Part shown: positions 33,414 to 36,875 of the stretch, one piece after another | How the letters are laid out: every line of letters begins with the position of its first letter | Numbering within the stretch: the stretch's first letter is position 1 | IMG/VR virus record: IMGVR_UViG_3300033485_000049 | Coordinates: 1-36,875 of that record | DNA length: 36,875 bases | Direction: 5' to 3' (one strand) | DNA from: a virus | Lineage: Duplodnaviria > Caudoviricetes | Position numbers and translations under genes: made by a program | The notes under the pieces: generated by a model | What the model was told of the DNA's origin: nothing | The model's database searches: none | What the model saw: only the letters and a program-made list of their open reading frames with translations

Positions 33414-34871
33414 ATGAGCGTAGATACCAAACATAAGCAGTTTGACGAATTTATTACACAAAACCAAACTATGCGAGATGCAATAGCTGGCGATGACGCT
33501 ATCAAAGCTAACTCTAAAACATACGTTGCAATGCTTGACGGTCAAGACGCTACACAATACAGCGCATACGTAAATCGTGCAGTATTTGAAAATTTTACTG
33601 CTCGCACGCTCGATGGCGTTTCGGGGCTGATTTTTTCGAAAGCTCCACAGATTGAATTAGGAACACAGCTCACAGCATATTCAGATAATATCGACCTTGA
33701 TAGCTCAACACTTACCGACTTAGCGCAAGTAGTAGTCGCAGAAGTTGCAACGGTTGGACGATGTGGACTATTGGTTGATATGCCAAATATTAATACCGAA
33801 GGTATGACACAAGCAGACGTTGATAAGCTTAACATTCGCCCTTACATGAAGATTTATAAATCAGAGTCTATCATCAACTGGCGTACTGAAACCATTAACA
33901 ATGTCACCGCTTTATCAATGGTAGTTTTATACGAAACTTACGATAAATGGCTTAATGAGTTTGAGTCTGAATCAATGGGTCGTTATCGTGTTTACTCGCT
34001 GCAAAGTGGGGCGTGTACCGTAAGAACATTTGAAAAAAGTAACGATAATTTTATAATGACATCAGACGTCCCATTGATTATGAACGGAAAGCAATTAGAC
34101 TTTATCCCTTTTGTATCTATTACTCCCGATAATCTGACAATTACACCTGCTAAATCTCCATTGTATGACTTGGCAAAGGTAAATATTAACTACTTTGCCA
34201 CAGCGGTTGATTACGGACATGGAGCGCATTACACCGCATTACCTACGGCATACGTAGCAGGGCATCAGATGGGTCAAGGTGAATCTATAAAATTAGGCTC
34301 AACATCAGCGCACGTATTCCAAAACCCGCAAGCACGAATGGAGTTCTTAGAGTTTAAAGGTGATGGGCTACAAACATTAGAGCGCAAGATGCAATCCGCT
34401 AAACAATCAATGGCGGTACTAGGCGCACGTATGCTACAGCCTGAAACGGCACAGATAGCAGAGAACACAATGGCTATGCGTACAAGCGGAGAACGAGCTA
34501 TTATTATATCAATAGCGGATACTTGTTCTCGTGGTATCAAAAAAGCATTAGAGATTATGGCTATGTGGTCAAACGATAACGGAACTGTTGAGTTTAAACT
34601 AAACACCGATTACAATCTAACCACTATGGACGCTCAAACATTAACCGCCCTTGTAACATCATGGCAAATGGGCGCATTAAGTGAGCGTGAATTATTTATC
34701 AATATGCAAAAAGGCGAATTGATTGGCGAAGAGGTGACGTTTGAAGAACATCAAGGCGAGATTGAGGAAGCAACACCATCGATGAGCGTAACACCTACAA
34801 AAGAACCTAAGCAAAACAGTGAAGGCGATACGTCATTAATTGAAACATTACGCACTAAGCTTGGGTTATAG
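33414..34871 (+). CDS. Portal protein (DUF4055 type)
   Basis: YVNRAVFENFTARTL, GRCGLLVD, IIN WR, IPF, PLYDLA..N, LGARML. Confidence 0.9.
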   Translation: MSVDTKHKQFDEFITQNQTMRDAIAGDDAIKANSKTYVAMLDGQDATQYSAYVNRAVFENFTARTLDGVSGLIFSKAPQIELGTQLTAYSDNIDLDSSTLTDLAQVVVAEVATVGRCGLLVDMPNINTEGMTQADVDKLNIRPYMKIYKSESIINWRTETINNVTALSMVVLYETYDKWLNEFESESMGRYRVYSLQSGACTVRTFEKSNDNFIMTSDVPLIMNGKQLDFIPFVSITPDNLTITPAKSPLYDLAKVNINYFATAVDYGHGAHYTALPTAYVAGHQMGQGESIKLGSTSAHVFQNPQARMEFLEFKGDGLQTLERKMQSAKQSMAVLGARMLQPETAQIAENTMAMRTSGERAIIISIADTCSRGIKKALEIMAMWSNDNGTVEFKLNTDYNLTTMDAQTLTALVTSWQMGALSERELFINMQKGELIGEEVTFEEHQGEIEEATPSMSVTPTKEPKQNSEGDTSLIETLRTKLGL

Positions 34872-35255
34872 ATGAAAATTAAAAAACTAAAAATAAAACT
34901 TGATTTTGTTCCTACTGATATTATTTTTCTTGTAGGTGATGAAAACATATCTAAATACATAGATAAAATGGCAATCGGTGATATTTTTAAGTTAAACGGA
35001 AGCGATGCTAAAACAATTGATATGACACACAGCAAAAAAGGTCATAGAATAATTATAGGAATAGAGCCACAACAATATTGCACTTATCAAGTAAAAGGGC
35101 TTATAGTACACGAAATAGCTCACACAGTAGATTTTATTATTGAGCGTCACGGATTTGAAGGGTATGAGTTTAGAGCATATTTACAACAGCACTTATATAT
35201 CCAAATTATGAAATATTATGATAAGGAATTTATAAATGAAAGCAATGCCAGTTAA
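34872..35255 (+). CDS. Putative HExxH metalloprotein
   Basis: IVHEIAH...E.RAY motif. Confidence 0.6.
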   Translation: MKIKKLKIKLDFVPTDIIFLVGDENISKYIDKMAIGDIFKLNGSDAKTIDMTHSKKGHRIIIGIEPQQYCTYQVKGLIVHEIAHTVDFIIERHGFEGYEFRAYLQQHLYIQIMKYYDKEFINESNAS

Positions 35256-35616
35256 ATTAATAAATAGTCAATGGGTAGAAGTCCCAAAAGAGGAAGGGAC
35301 ACACGTATACCTACTGTTCCCATTAGACATTGTTATCACTGTGGATATTACCCCTCCTCTATCCTACCATATATTGCGTGATCGATATATTCCATACCAA
35401 TTAAATGGCAGTCGAGAACATACAGGAAATTGGTCTTGGAATGGAGATACAGAAAAACCAACATTGCACCCTAGTATTTTAACAACAAGTAAACAAGGCG
35501 ATATTAATCATATATGCCATTCGTTTGTAAATGATGGAATAATTGAGTTTTTATCAGATTGCACACACGAATTAGTAAATACAAAACGTGAATTATTAGA
35601 AGTAAAAAATGATTGA
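35236..35616 (+). CDS. DUF6527-like protein
   Basis: WSWNGDTEKPTLHPSIL...CHSFVNDGIIEFLSDCTHEL. Confidence 0.7.
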   Translation: MKAMPVKLINSQWVEVPKEEGTHVYLLFPLDIVITVDITPPLSYHILRDRYIPYQLNGSREHTGNWSWNGDTEKPTLHPSILTTSKQGDINHICHSFVNDGIIEFLSDCTHELVNTKRELLEVKND

Positions 35617-36499
35617 AGAAGTATTTACCTCAGCACTCGAAGCAATAGCGAAGGCTAAACAACGCCTTGATGGATTAGATGAACAATTGTCAAGCCTGAC
35701 CAATGAGGTTAACACGTTTGAGGGCGAATACGCAAAAGAGGTTCAATTACTTCAAGAACAAATAGATAATCAAACACTGCTCATTGACCGATTAGTAAAA
35801 GAAGCTATCGACAAAATACCTATTCCTAAAGATGGTGAGAATGGAATAGACGGTAAAGACGCTGTTATAGATTATAAATACATCATAAGCCAACTACCTA
35901 TTCCTAAGGATGGAATAGATGGGCAAGACGGTAAAAGCATCAAGGGCGATAAGGGCGACAAAGGAGAGGACGCTATCGTAGATTATGAGCTGTTAAAAGA
36001 GTTCATAATGTCTAACCTTCCAAAAGCAATAAAAGGCGATAATGGAGAGAATGGCAAAGATGGAACGGATGGCGTAGGAATTGAAAGTGTTACCGATAAT
36101 TTAGGTGACATTGTAATAACCCTAAGCGATGGTACGATACACCGCATTAAAATCCCTAAGTTTATCTCACACGGTAATAACATCATAAAGCCATCAGACG
36201 CAACAGAGCTAATCTATGACGTTAGCACACACTCAACACTTAAGCCTGAGTCGCAAGTTGTCCTAGTCAATGCAGTAGGTGGTAATATTAACATAACTCT
36301 TCCCGAGCCATCACTATGCTTCAATAGCAACCGTTCATATCGTATTGCAGTAAATAAAGTAGACACTTCAACAAATACGGTTACAATACTACCATTCAGC
36401 GGTGAATTAATATGCGGTGATGTTAATCAGCAACTACTCTTTCAAAGCGAAGTTTTAAACTTCATTACAAACGGTACATCATGGTACTTGGGGGCATAA
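35609..36499 (+). CDS. Coiled-coil plus collagen-like fibre protein (putative head fibre)
   Basis: N-terminal heptads, three Gly-X-Y blocks (KDGENGIDGKD, KGDKGDKGED), C-terminal beta domain (ITLP...VNKVD...NTVTI...W). Confidence 0.7.
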   Translation: MIEEVFTSALEAIAKAKQRLDGLDEQLSSLTNEVNTFEGEYAKEVQLLQEQIDNQTLLIDRLVKEAIDKIPIPKDGENGIDGKDAVIDYKYIISQLPIPKDGIDGQDGKSIKGDKGDKGEDAIVDYELLKEFIMSNLPKAIKGDNGENGKDGTDGVGIESVTDNLGDIVITLSDGTIHRIKIPKFISHGNNIIKPSDATELIYDVSTHSTLKPESQVVLVNAVGGNINITLPEPSLCFNSNRSYRIAVNKVDTSTNTVTILPFSGELICGDVNQQLLFQSEVLNFITNGTSWYLGA

Positions 36500-36500
36500 T

Positions 36501-36875
36501 ATGAGTCACTTACGAAAAACATCATTAATCGGCACAAATAATGAGGACATTGCTTCATTTCGTGGGGCGTTAAATATCCATGACGCAGATGTTCACCATT
36601 CATTTGTAAATAATCACTTTCATCAACACACGACAGCCACAACATTTGCGGCAAACGCTCCAGCTGGAAGCACACAAATAACCCTAACAAGTGCAGTTGG
36701 GTTTGCTGTAAATGATTTTCTTCATATTCAAGATGGTAGCTATGAAATAGTACACCCTCGAATTAATGTATTAGTAGGTAATGTAGCAACACTTGATAGA
36801 CCAATTGATAATAGTTATATTATTGGCGATACCATTGAAAAAGCAATTATTAGTATGAATGTTTTAGGTTCGCTT
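36501..36875 (+). CDS. 5' part of a ~265-aa putative virion structural protein spanning the contig join (continues 128..550)
   Basis: ATG at 36501 directly after the stop of 35609..36499; open frame MSHLRKTSLIGTNNEDIASFRGALNIHDADVH... runs in frame into ORF 107..550. Confidence 0.85.
   Translation, partial: MSHLRKTSLIGTNNEDIASFRGALNIHDADVHHSFVNNHFHQHTTATTFAANAPAGSTQITLTSAVGFAVNDFLHIQDGSYEIVHPRINVLVGNVATLDRPIDNSYIIGDTIEKAIISMNVLGSL
36749..36875. repeat. Terminal direct repeat, right copy
   Basis: Identical to 1-127; 127 nt equals a common assembler k-mer length. Confidence 0.97.

Noticed and set aside
36749-36875. Biological terminal repeat of the virion DNA
   Set aside because: The length of 127 nt matches a standard assembly k-mer and the repeat falls mid-gene, so it is best read as a circular assembly overlap
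1-36875. Stop-codon reassignment
   Set aside because: Genes are full length and densely packed under the standard code, with TAA, TAG and TGA all used as stops

Overview
The window is an apparently complete ~36.75-kb tailed phage genome with siphovirus-type gene content. The first 127 nt recur exactly at 36749-36875 and one ORF reads in frame across the join, so the contig is circular or circularly permuted. The SSB sequence and the many TGnTATAAT -10 boxes suggest a Campylobacterota (epsilonproteobacterial) host, which is an inference. Layout: packaging and head genes (31449-36875 and 1-6567), tail genes (7523-16637, with a G GGA AAC -1 frameshifted chaperone), lysis genes (17084-18232), a leftward early arm (18227-25049: ERF/YqaJ/NinB recombination, pentapeptide repeat protein, many small ORFs) and a rightward arm (25234-31449: HTH, SSB, Rha, O-like initiator with internal iterons, methylase, NinG). 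I could not recognise an integrase or CI-type repressor. The most unusual signal is non-coding. Three unrelated genes have leaders in which a long hairpin loop is exactly complementary to the gene's own Shine-Dalgarno region (H-type pseudoknot). The Rha and replication-initiator leaders each form a pair of hairpins with complementary loops. A ~350-nt ORF-free tract at 22126-22500 folds into four back-to-back long hairpins with loop-loop complementarity. Together these suggest an RNA-structure-based regulatory layer in a phage with no evident repressor. All structure and family calls were made by eye and need computational confirmation.
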